Assembly (NCBI GenBank): GCA_963810905.1
Contig: CAWEPG010000002.1
Span: forward strand, 242,178 to 306,177
Length of the DNA stretch: 64,000 bases
Origin: an uncultured Acidimicrobiia bacterium
GTDB taxonomy: Bacteria; Acidobacteriota; Terriglobia; Versatilivoradales; Versatilivoraceae
Direction of reading: 5' to 3'
Both the position numbers and the translations under genes were made by a program. Shown piece by piece: positions 9,769 to 18,694 of the stretch (the stretch's first letter is position 1; the number at the start of each line of letters is the position of its first letter). The notes beneath the pieces were generated by a model. The model had not been told where the DNA came from. It ran no database searches and was given only the letters and a program-made list of their open reading frames with translations.

Positions 9769-9823
9769 GCCTAACCCATCCATCGATCGGACCTTCACCG
9801 GCCGCCCATGTCAAAGGTTAGGC
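9769..9823 (+). other. attC-like site with perfectly complementary inverse core GCCTAAC (9769-9775) and core GTTAGGC (9817-9823)
   Basis: The R'' consensus RYYYAAC and R' consensus GTTRRRY are both matched exactly, 55 bp apart. The site sits between the stop at 9753 and the next ATG at 9836. Confidence 0.6.
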
Positions 9824-9835
9824 TAGGGAGTTTAT

Positions 9836-10255
9836 TTGTATAAGACAATAGCCTTGATCTTGATACTTCTCTCCCGGTTTGATCTCGCGCAGACGAAGTC
9901 GAACGACATATACAACATTAAGGTATTGAAGCAGACGGAAGAATCTGTACTGTTTGAAATCTCATATTATTACTCCGGAGATCATGGCGATAACGCCAAA
10001 CTGACTGCCTGGCCTAAGCCTGCTGGCTTTTGGGGTTCGTCCATAATTCCGCTTGTGATGGGAGATCATACGTCACAGTTGAATGTAAAGTTAATGCCTA
10101 AGGCCCCGAAAGAAGTACTCTCCGATTCCGTAGATTTTTTTTACTATTCCGACAGTGGTCCACCGTTCTACACAAAGAACTTTACCTTTAAGAAAAAATG
10201 GATAAATTCAACTGGAAAGCCTGTCACACAGGCTAAGCAGGTTGAGAAGAACTGA
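9836..10255 (+). CDS. Secreted hypothetical protein (GC ~37 %)
   Basis: Signal-peptide-like N-terminus MYKTIALILILLSRFDLAQT, 139 aa. Confidence 0.5.
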   Translation: MYKTIALILILLSRFDLAQTKSNDIYNIKVLKQTEESVLFEISYYYSGDHGDNAKLTAWPKPAGFWGSSIIPLVMGDHTSQLNVKLMPKAPKEVLSDSVDFFYYSDSGPPFYTKNFTFKKKWINSTGKPVTQAKQVEKN

Positions 10256-10395
10256 AACAACTTATCGTGCAGTTCTTGAGGGTAAAAAGGAAGATCTAAG
10301 CCTTGAAAACACCTTCTTTTGGAATAGACCTCTTCCTTTCTCAATGTCTTAGCTTGTACTGACCCCGGGCCAACAAACATATTGGAGCAATTGGG

Positions 10396-12697
10396 ATGAT
10401 CGGTAGAAAACTTGCCCATTACGAGGTGCTCGCGAGGATTGGAGCCGGAGGCATGGGTGAGGTGTATCGAGCCCGGGACTTGAGGCTCCAACGGGAGGTT
10501 GCCATCAAGATTCTGCCGTCTGAGCTTCCTTCGAGTTGGGAGGAACGAGAACGTCTTAAGCGCGAGGCAAGGACCCTCGCTACGCTGAATCATCCCAATA
10601 TCGTCACGGTCTACTCGGTGGAGGAGGCGGACGGGACCCACTTTGTCACCATGGAGCTACTGGATGGAGAGACTCTTGACAAGATCGTGGCCGGCGGCGG
10701 CTTGTCCCAGGAACGCTTCACCAGTCTCGCTTTGCAACTGCTCGATGCAATGCGTGCGGCCCACGGGCAAGGTGTCGTGCATCGGGATCTGAAGCCCGGC
10801 AATATTATGATTACCGCTGAACAACGGCTTAAGGTCCTCGACTTTGGCCTGGCAAAGGTCTTTCTCGGTAAAGCCACGGAGAAACCATCCTCTGAACAAA
10901 ATGATCTCTCCACGCGACTTTTTACTCATGCAGGGACTATTCTGGGCACCATCTCCTATCTCTCCCCCGAGCAAGCGCAGGGGAAACCGGTCGACCATCG
11001 TTCTGACATTTTCAGCCTGGGCATCATTCTTCATGAGATGAGTGTGGGCCGGCATCCCTTTCCCGGCGAGAGTGCAGCGGAGGTCATTTCCTCGATCCTG
11101 AGGGATACTCCTTCTCCGATCGGGGATCGCGAATCACCCTGGCTCCTGCGAATGCGCCCCATCATCGAGCGTTGCTTGGAGAAGGACCCGGCGCGACGCT
11201 ATCAAGAGGTCTCGGACATCGTCGCTGATTTGATCACGCTCCGAGAAGTACCGACAGCTTATATTGAGACCAGGGCGGTTGAGGATCTCGTCCAGGCGGG
11301 CCGCGAGGCCCTGGGCCGGCATTCCTGGTCAAGAGCCTTTGAATACCTGGAGCGAGCAGATGCGGCGGGAGAGCTCTCTCCCGACATCCTCGGGCAGTTT
11401 GCCGAGGCCGCCTGGTGGACTGGAAAGATAGATCACTGCTGCCACCTGCTCGAACGGGCCTATGCAGGCCATTTGCGGGAGGGGCATCCAGAACGTGCGG
11501 CCCTCATGTCGGTGAAGCTAGCAGACCTCTTCTATCACAAGGCCGCTCGCTCCGTGAGTAGTGGCTGGCTGAAAAAGGCGGAGAGGCTCCTAAAAAACGC
11601 TGAACATGCCGCGGAGTACGGATACCTCTTGCGCTTCAAAACGCTCCTCTCCTTTGAGGTCGACGGGGATTCCGAGGCCGCATTACGGCTTTCGAAAGAA
11701 TGCTTCGATATTGCCAATCGGGCTGGGGACGAAAACCTACTCACTCTGAGCCTTCAGGACCAAGGGCGAGTTCTGGTTGCCCAGGGTCACGTTTCAGAGG
11801 GCATGGCGCTCCTCGACGAAGCCATGGCCACAGCCTTGAGCGGAGAACTTGACCCCTTCACTGTGGCCAGGACGTACTGCAATATGATCGCCGCTTGTGA
11901 AAAAACGGCCGACTATCGGCGGGCTGCAGAGTGGAGCGACGAGGCACGGGATTGGTGTGAACCCCACGTCAGTTCGCCATTCCCAGGGATCTGTTCGGTG
12001 CATCGTGCGGGGCTGATGCGTCTCCGAGGAACTTTGAAAGAAGCCGAGCACGAAGTGGGTCAGGTCTGTGCAGACTCCCGTGGCTATGTCGATATCGCGG
12101 CGGCAGCTTTCTATGAGATGGGTGAAATCAGATTGCGCCTGGGGAACTACGAAGGTGCTGAGGACGCCTTTCGCGAGGCCCATGAACGAGGCCGAGACCC
12201 GGTTCCTGGCCTTCCGCTCCTTGCTTCTGGCCCAAGGGAAGGTAGACGCTGCCAAGGGCTTGATGACGCGGGCACTAGCCGGATCGCTCCTGCCCCTGGA
12301 TCGTGCACGGCTGCTTCCGACGCAGGTTCAGATTGCTCTGGCCGCCGTGGACGTCGAAGGAGCAAGGGCAGCTGTAGAGGAACTCGAATCAATCGCCTCT
12401 CGATTCGGCTCGGCTGCTTTCGAAGCTGCGGCTGCACACGCCCGCGGGAGCCTAGATATTGCCAACCGCGACTTCGAGAAGGGGTGCACGAGTCTTCGGC
12501 GGGCGCTCGAGTTCTGGTTGGAGGTCAACCTTCCGTATGAGGCTGCCATGACGCGAGTGCTTCTCGCCAAGGGCTATCGTGAAATGGGGGACGGAGCCAG
12601 CGCGGAGCTCGAGCTTCGCACGGCTCGATCGGCTTTCGAGAAGCTCGGTGCGCAGGAAATCTCGGGGGAGTCTGACACCCTGCTGAGTGCTGGGTGA
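10396..12697 (+). CDS. Ser/Thr protein kinase with C-terminal TPR-like helical repeat region; frameshift ~12185-12195
   Basis: The sequence has GAGGMGEVY (a glycine loop), HRDLKPGNIM and DFGLAK. The C-terminal alpha-helical repeats continue in the +1 frame at 12068-12697. Confidence 0.75.
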
Positions 12698-12869
12698 AGA
12701 AGGGCCTACTCACCCCGCCGTTCGGGCGTGAGACGTCCAATGCCGTCACGATAATTCGGGGGCTGACAAAGAAAAGAGTAGTCGCAGTCAGAGAAATCAA
12801 GTTCAGGTAACCGAAAAAGAGGAAATTGACGCTACCGTAGCCTCCAGTCCCCTACTCATTTCATATCCC

Positions 12870-12885
12870 CGTGAATTTTTTGTAT
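12870..12885 (+). promoter_or_regulatory. -10-like element (TTTTTTGTATAATAT) in the 400-bp gap upstream of the GlsB-family gene
   Basis: TATAAT lies in an AT-rich stretch. No convincing -35 was seen. Confidence 0.2.
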
Positions 12886-13104
12886 AATATCGAGAAAGTC
12901 ATCTAGTTGGGAATTACAAGAACTCGCCGTGATTGAGACACCCCAGGAGATTGTGTCGTCTAGCTATGTTCATCACGCGTTTCCCGTCGTAGGGCATTTC
13001 CTGGATTTGAGCTTCTCTCTTCTGGAGATTGTCAATTTCCAGATGTTTGATCCCTATTCCAAAGATAGGGCTGTACCATCCCATATTCGCGAGAGGAGGA
13101 TGTT

Positions 13105-13350
13105 ATGCAATTCGTTTGGTTTATCTTGATTGGTTTAATCGCAGGCTGGCTGGCGGGCCAGATCATGAAGGGCGGAGGCTTTGGAGTCATTGGCGACATT
13201 GTCGTCGGAGTGGTGGGGGCATTGTTGGGAGGTTACCTGTTTGGTTCGCTTGGGATTTCCGCCGGTGGAGGATTGCTCGGTTCCATCATCGTGGCGACCA
13301 TTGGCGCAATTGTGCTCATATTCATCCTGCGCCTGGTTAAACGAGCCTAA
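13105..13350 (+). CDS. GlsB/YeaQ/YmgE family small membrane protein (transglycosylase-associated protein)
   Basis: 81 aa with glycine-zipper TM helices (GWLAGQIMKGGGFGVIGDIVVGVVGALLGG). RBS GAGGAGG. The stop overlaps GCCTAAC at 13345-13351. Confidence 0.75.
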   Translation: MQFVWFILIGLIAGWLAGQIMKGGGFGVIGDIVVGVVGALLGGYLFGSLGISAGGGLLGSIIVATIGAIVLIFILRLVKRA

Positions 13351-13590
13351 CGGTGCAATTTATGGTTTAGCCGGATGTCCCTTCGATAGCGGTATTGGGA
13401 CATTCGCCGAGCAGCCTCATGGAAGCTGGCCCTTGATCCGGAAACAATAACTGGAGGGGGGGCTCTGCGACGCCGAAGCCGAATTTGGAATTCGAGCTAA
13501 AGAGAAATAACTCGCACATACATGGCTTGATTTTGCCTGGCCGGCGCAGCATTTTTATTCACTGCCAGATGGGTCAAAAAGGGTTCGATC

Positions 13591-14028
13591 TTGGGTTCGG
13601 GGGGAAAGAGATCCTTCCAGGAATGCATGTGGTGGAAACGTACAAACTGGACAGCCCAGTCGGCGTCGAAGCGCTCCGTATGGATTGAATACCGGTGAAT
13701 CCAGAGGACCTGACGGCCCTCCTCCAGAATTTAGGCTGTTTGCTTTTGCCGGGCGAAGGCAAAGCTTTTGTTCGAGAAGCGGCACTTCGTTTACGCGGTT
13801 TGTGTGATAATAGGCAAGTGGCAAAAGTGCCTGAAAACCAAATTATTATCACATTATCAACGCAATAGTGCCTGGTAATCAATGGTTCCTCGGATGCGCA
13901 TAGCCCCATCCATCGGCTCTTCGGCGCTGCGCGCCTCAGAACCAACGGATCGAGCTACGTACTCGCCTGATAACCGGTGCGTCAGTGCACCGGTTATTTT
14001 GACTGCGCCGCGCTCATCCGGGGCGTTA
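13591..14028. repeat. Three-copy repeat, copy 2 (full length; hairpin 13960-13987)
   Basis: Aligns with 5246-5612 and 16333-16619. It ends ...GGGGCGTTA, 30 nt before the ATG at 14059. Confidence 0.8.
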
Positions 14029-14058
14029 TGCGGCAAAAGAAAACTAGCGCCTTGATAG

Positions 14059-14622
14059 ATGGTTGAGATAATTGAATTCGAAACCGAACGTCTTCGCTTG
14101 CGTCAGTGGCTTCCTGCTGATCGAGAACCGTTCGCCGCTCTGAATGCCGATCCAAAAGTTATGGAATTCTTTCCTGCTACTCTCGATTACGCCGCAAGCA
14201 ACACCCTAGCTGATCGCTGTGAGGCATTTATTGCTGAGCGGGGTTGGGGTCCATGGGCTGCTGAGATAACGAGAAGCAACCAATTCATTGGATTTGTTGG
14301 CCTTCATGTTCCTGCCCCTGAGCTTCCATTTTCGCCTTGTGTCGAAATTGCCTGGCGGCTAGCCTTCCATCATTGGGGTAAAGGCTTCGCGTCGGAGGCC
14401 GCGAGAGGCGCCCTACGTGTTGGCTTTGAATTGCTTAGCTTGCCGGAAATCGTGTCGTTTACCACGGTTCACAATCTCCGGTCGCGTGCCGTCATGGAAC
14501 GGCTCGGTATGCACGAAACCAAAGATGTCTTTGAGCACCCTCATGTGCCGGCAGGCAACCCTCTTCGTCTACACTGCCTGTATCGGTTGTCGCGCGAACA
14601 GTGGCTGGCACATCCCGTATAA
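14059..14622 (+). CDS. GNAT family N-acetyltransferase (RimJ/RimL-like)
   Basis: 187 aa. The pattern LRLRQWLPADREPFAALNADPKVMEF ... HHWGKGFASEAARG is typical of RimL-type GNATs. Confidence 0.7.
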   Translation: MVEIIEFETERLRLRQWLPADREPFAALNADPKVMEFFPATLDYAASNTLADRCEAFIAERGWGPWAAEITRSNQFIGFVGLHVPAPELPFSPCVEIAWRLAFHHWGKGFASEAARGALRVGFELLSLPEIVSFTTVHNLRSRAVMERLGMHETKDVFEHPHVPAGNPLRLHCLYRLSREQWLAHPV

Positions 14623-14628
14623 TACGTC

Positions 14629-14673
14629 GCTCAACCTGACTCGCGGTGCTGGCGCGCCGCTCGCGGGTTAGCT
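14629..14673 (+). other. Short attC-like palindrome (GCTCAAC ... GGCGCGCC core ... GTTAGCT)
   Basis: A perfect RYYYAAC (GCTCAAC) lies 7 nt after the stop. The right end is GTTAGCT. At 45 bp it is shorter than typical attC sites. Confidence 0.3.
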
Positions 14674-14680
14674 CTGCGTT

Positions 14681-15982
14681 ATGCCGACCGACGATTCTCA
14701 GTCCTCCGAGAGCCGAGACATGAATCAACGCCAAACATTGCCTCACGGTGTAGTTCTGGTGCTCGGGCTGGCGGTGCTGCTCAACTATGTTGATCGCGGC
14801 AACCTCGCGACGGCAGCGCCGATCTTGCAGGACGAGCTCTCACTCTCGGGCGCCCAGGTCGGCTTATTGTTGTCGTCGTTCTTCTGGGTGTATGCACCTG
14901 CGCAGTTGCTGGCAGGGTGGCTGGTGCACCGTTACGAGATCCGCATTGTTCTGGCCGCGGGCATCGCGCTGTGGTCTGTGGCGACCGCCATGACTGGGCT
15001 TGCCGGGGGATTCGCTTCAATCCTGCTTTGGCGCCTGATGCTCGGTCTCGGAGAGAGCGTCACATTTCCGAGCTGGCAGTTGCTACTCGCGCGACACACA
15101 GTCGAGCATGAGCGTGGGCGGGCGAATGGCTTCGTAGGCGCCGGCCAGGGGATCGGGCCGATGCTCGGCACTCTCTTTGGCGGCCTGGCGATGGCCCACT
15201 ACGGTTGGCGTGCCACGTTCATCGGGCTGGGGATCATCACGCTCCTGTGGCTCTGGCCTTGGTTTACCGTTACACGAGTGGGCTTTCATGCGCCGGCTGG
15301 GAAGGATCCGCTGCCGGTCTCATACCTTGCGATCCTTCGGCGGCGGGAGTTCTGGGGCGCCGCACTCGGACATTTCAGCATCAACTACACGTTCTACTTC
15401 GTTATCACGTGGCTGCCGACTTTCCTCGTCAAGGCGGGCGGTTTCACGGTCTCGCAGATGGCGGGGATTGGCGCGGCTATCTATGGCATCTATGCTGTCA
15501 CGACGGCGCTCGCTGGTGCGGCCTCTGATCGTTGGATCCGGCGTGGCGGATCCGCTACGCGAGTGCGCAAGACGTTCGTGCTCACGAGTGCCCTTGGCTC
15601 GGCAGTCACGATCGCGTGCTGCGCGTACGTAGAGCCGCGCGCTGCGGTCTGGTTGCTCGGCGTTGCAGGAGTGTTCTTCGGCCTTTCAACGCCGATGATC
15701 TTCGCCATCGGCGCGACGCTCGCAGGTCCGCGTGCCGCAGGCCGCTGGGCCGGCGCGCAGAACCTGGCGGGCCAACTGGCAGGAATAATCGCGCCAGTCG
15801 TGACGGGCTTAATCGTCGATCGTACTGGCGCCTTCTCCTGGGCATTCGCCGTCGCCGCGGCGTCGGCCGTGTTCGCGATGGTGGCGTGGGGCGTCGTCAT
15901 TCGGCGGGTGGCAGCGGTGCAGTGGCCGGAGGAGCTGGCGCCAGTCCCCTTAGAGCCCCTTGGTGGCGCGAGCCCGCGCTGA
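14681..15982 (+). CDS. MFS transporter (high GC)
   Basis: 433 aa with about 12 predicted TM segments. MFS-like loop motifs are present, for example LGESVTFPSWQLLLARH. Confidence 0.7.
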   Translation: MPTDDSQSSESRDMNQRQTLPHGVVLVLGLAVLLNYVDRGNLATAAPILQDELSLSGAQVGLLLSSFFWVYAPAQLLAGWLVHRYEIRIVLAAGIALWSVATAMTGLAGGFASILLWRLMLGLGESVTFPSWQLLLARHTVEHERGRANGFVGAGQGIGPMLGTLFGGLAMAHYGWRATFIGLGIITLLWLWPWFTVTRVGFHAPAGKDPLPVSYLAILRRREFWGAALGHFSINYTFYFVITWLPTFLVKAGGFTVSQMAGIGAAIYGIYAVTTALAGAASDRWIRRGGSATRVRKTFVLTSALGSAVTIACCAYVEPRAAVWLLGVAGVFFGLSTPMIFAIGATLAGPRAAGRWAGAQNLAGQLAGIIAPVVTGLIVDRTGAFSWAFAVAAASAVFAMVAWGVVIRRVAAVQWPEELAPVPLEPLGGASPR

Positions 15983-16092
15983 GACGTGTCCCTCGACACC
16001 GAAGTGAAGATGGCTGACCTCGATCTCTGGCAAAACGACAGCCCGACATAACAGGCCGTTGGGCGGCCATAACATATAGAAACGAGGGGGCA

Positions 16093-16410
16093 ATGAAGAA
16101 TCTGCGACGCGAGAGGGCTTTAGCCCATCAGGCGCTTGTCCCATCCACGGGGTCTTGGTGTTGGCTTGAATCCGTCATCCTGGCCTTCGGATTCCCAGCC
16201 GTGATTTGGGCGATTTCGAAGCTCATTACGCTGTTCGTCCCAGCCGCCCTCCACAGTTCTAGGGAACAGCGCTTTCTGCAATACATCAGTGGGGGATTGA
16301 TCGCCGAGTGGCTGTTTGTCGCCAGCCTTTGTTTGGGTTCGGTGGGAAAGAGATCCTCCCGGGAATGCCTGTGGTGGAAACGGACAACCTGGACAATCCA
16401 ATCAATGTAG
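16093..16410 (+). CDS. Hypothetical membrane protein. Its C-terminus runs into repeat copy 3, so the call is doubtful
   Basis: 105-aa ORF. The 5' end overlaps a copy of the MITE terminal motif (GAATCTGCGACGCGAGAGGGC). Confidence 0.25.
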   Translation: MKNLRRERALAHQALVPSTGSWCWLESVILAFGFPAVIWAISKLITLFVPAALHSSREQRFLQYISGGLIAEWLFVASLCLGSVGKRSSRECLWWKRTTWTIQSM

Positions 16411-16619
16411 GAGCGCTCCGTATGGATTGAATAGTGGTGAACCCGGAGGACCCGACGGACCTCATCCAGAATTTAGGCTGTTTGCTTTTGCCGGGCGACT
16501 TTTGTTCAAGAAGTGGCACTTAGTTTACGCGGTTTGTGTGAAAATATGCAAGTGGCAAGAGTTCCCGAAAACCAGGTTATTATCAACTTACCAGGGTAAA
16601 ATTGCCTGATAATCAATGG
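16333..16619. repeat. Three-copy repeat, copy 3 (5' module only; the 3' structured module is missing)
   Basis: Homology to copies 1 and 2 stops at ...TGATAATCAATGG, 32 nt before the ATG at 16651. Confidence 0.75.
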
Positions 16620-16650
16620 CGTCTGGCGCCATACCTCAAACAGTGATCGC

Positions 16651-17187
16651 ATGAATACTTACATTGCGCTTTTCAGAGGAATTAACGTTGGCGGCAAAAA
16701 CTCTTTGCCGATGAAGGAGCTTGCGGCTTTTCTGGAAAACCTTGGTGCGAAAAATGTCAGAACTTATATCCAAAGCGGAAACGCAGTATTCCAGAGCGTA
16801 GAAAAGAACTCTTCACAACTCTCCAAACAATTGTCCGCTGAAATCAAAAAGCGTCACGGCTTTGAGCCCCACGTTCTCCTGCTTGGGCTCCAAGCAATAA
16901 ATACGGCAATAGCAAAAAACCCATTCCCCGAAGCAGAGGCTGATCCAAGCAGTTTGCATCTGGGCTTTCTAGCTTCCAAGCCCAAGAACCCCGACCTAGA
17001 GAAACTCAACAGCCTTAAGAAGTCGAGTGAGAGGTTTCATCTGAGCGATACCGTGTTCTATCTACATGCGCCCGAAGGCGTGGGTAGATCCAAGCTCGCA
17101 GCAAGCACCGAAAAATTACTCGGCGTTCCGATGACAGATCGCAACTGGAGAACAGTTTGCAAAATCAGAGAGCTGGCGGGAGAGTAA
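16651..17187 (+). CDS. DUF1697 family protein
   Basis: The N-terminal motif MNTYIALFRGINVGGKNSLPMKELAAFLENLG matches DUF1697. Confidence 0.7.
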   Translation: MNTYIALFRGINVGGKNSLPMKELAAFLENLGAKNVRTYIQSGNAVFQSVEKNSSQLSKQLSAEIKKRHGFEPHVLLLGLQAINTAIAKNPFPEAEADPSSLHLGFLASKPKNPDLEKLNSLKKSSERFHLSDTVFYLHAPEGVGRSKLAASTEKLLGVPMTDRNWRTVCKIRELAGE

Positions 17188-17195
17188 ATGACCAC

Positions 17196-17264
17196 GCCCA
17201 ACCCCTCATTCCACCGGACCTTGCGCATAAAGCCGCGCAAGTCCGGTGAATTCAAACGTAGGGC
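17196..17264 (+). other. attC-like site: GCCCAAC - 9 nt - CACCGGAC(C)TTGCGC - loop ATAAAGCC - GCGCAAGTCCGGTG - 9 nt - GTAGGGC
   Basis: The left core is a perfect RYYYAAC. The 14-bp arms are inverted repeats with one extrahelical C. The spacers are symmetric. The right core is one mismatch from GTTGGGC. Confidence 0.55.
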
Positions 17265-17353
17265 AGCCAGCGAGAATACAAGTCTGCGGCAGACTTTTCA
17301 ATTCTTGTCATGGCAGCCGTAAACGGCAACATTTCCGAGGCCACGGAAATCAG

Positions 17354-18037
17354 ATGAGTAACAATAAAGTGTATGTGGATCCCAAGGTTCAAAAGGTACT
17401 CAACCTATACGCGGACATATTCGCTGGCGATTTCTATTCGTTGCCGGTTAGAAGACAGCTCGAGCTTCAGGCAGTCAGGCTGACGGAGGCCCATCACAAT
17501 CGAGATGATTCAGTCTGTTTTCAGATCGGCTCCTGGCACCCTGAGTTGGTAGGAAAAAACGATGACTCGATCTTGAACCATGTCTTCTGTATCGACGATG
17601 GAAGAACCACCATAGCTAGAGAATACGGATTCAAGGACTGGAATGACGCGGATACTATCGGCGACAGACGGTCGAATGTGAAGTTCGAGATGGCCGTCAA
17701 CACAATGCTTTCTGGAAATCTGTCCTTATTGAGGGGACTAATAGGAGAAACACCTGACTTGACCAGCGCGAGATCACAGTACGGCCACAGCGCGACTCTC
17801 CTGCATTATGCCGGCATCAACGGAGTGGAATCATACAGGCAAGTTGTTCCATTGAATTTGACCGAAATCGTAGAATTCCTAATTGCATCGGGAGCCGATC
17901 TGACTAGCAGGGCTAACATCTACGGAGGAAGTACTCCCCGCGAACTATTCGAAACGAGCAAGCATTCGTACGAATCAAATGTGCATGAGGATGTCATTAC
18001 TATCTTCAAGAAATATGAAGCTAGGCTTGGTTGCTGA
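17354..18037 (+). CDS. Hypothetical protein with C-terminal ankyrin repeats
   Basis: The ATG at 17354 was chosen; the ORF track starts at 17246. HSATLLHYAGINGVE ... EIVEFLIASGADLTSRANIYGGSTP look like ankyrin repeats. Confidence 0.45.
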   Translation: MSNNKVYVDPKVQKVLNLYADIFAGDFYSLPVRRQLELQAVRLTEAHHNRDDSVCFQIGSWHPELVGKNDDSILNHVFCIDDGRTTIAREYGFKDWNDADTIGDRRSNVKFEMAVNTMLSGNLSLLRGLIGETPDLTSARSQYGHSATLLHYAGINGVESYRQVVPLNLTEIVEFLIASGADLTSRANIYGGSTPRELFETSKHSYESNVHEDVITIFKKYEARLGC

Positions 18038-18266
18038 TTTCTTGGCATATGAACAGGCTTCCCAACCAAACGATGGAGCCGACGCAAAAGGCGCAAGGCT
18101 CATTGTTAAGCCGTTCTGCCGACGTTGACGCGTGGGGATGAAGACAGGGAGCATCCTGTCGTCTTGCGTCGGGCGAACTGGTGAGTAGGCGCGTTAGTGT
18201 CCCAGTGACTTATCCGCGGGGCTCAATGCAAATCGTTCAGATCTGAGAGGCACGAGGCGAGATGTC

Positions 18267-18623
18267 ATGCGTGAGCAGGTGATACAGGTTGTCGAGCAGT
18301 ACATTGACGCGGTACGGCACAATGACGCCTCCGCTCTTCCACTTCATTCAGATGCAGTCTGCGAGTTCCCTACGAACACATATCGGGGCGCTGCGTCGTT
18401 TCGGAAGGGGCTCGAGGATTTCGCCCGCGTCATGAAGAGCATCGAAGTCGTCCGTCTCGTAGTCGATGGCGAGCACTGCGTCGCCATCCTGAACATCGAC
18501 ACCGTATTCGGGCGCATTCCGTTTGCCGAGTACATTCACGTGGCGCACGGACAGATCGTCTTCATTCGAGGCTACTGCGATCCACGCCCGATGCTGGGCG
18601 GAGCGACACTACCGCCTGGATGA
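18267..18623 (+). CDS. SnoaL-like / NTF2-like (ketosteroid-isomerase fold) small protein
   Basis: 118 aa. The pattern VVEQYIDAVRHNDASAL ... HCVAILNIDT ... HVAHGQIV fits the fold. Confidence 0.4.
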   Translation: MREQVIQVVEQYIDAVRHNDASALPLHSDAVCEFPTNTYRGAASFRKGLEDFARVMKSIEVVRLVVDGEHCVAILNIDTVFGRIPFAEYIHVAHGQIVFIRGYCDPRPMLGGATLPPG

Positions 18624-18694
18624 CTGGGATCTCCACGCGGACACCTCGATATAGCACCACTCTTCGCAGGTAGCTCCAACTGGAGGAAAAACCA

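Noticed and set aside
14781-15999. Multiple overlapping ORFs on both strands inside the MFS transporter gene, and likewise inside the GT1 and kinase genes.
   Set aside because: The same high-GC artefact applies. The MFS frame has 12 TM helices and conserved loop motifs.
5246-16619. Considered whether the three-copy repeat is a diversity-generating retroelement template/variable repeat pair or a CRISPR-like array.
   Set aside because: Differences between copies are not adenine-specific. No reverse transcriptase or cas gene is present. The copies are 8-3 kb apart and irregular, not a spaced array of short repeats.
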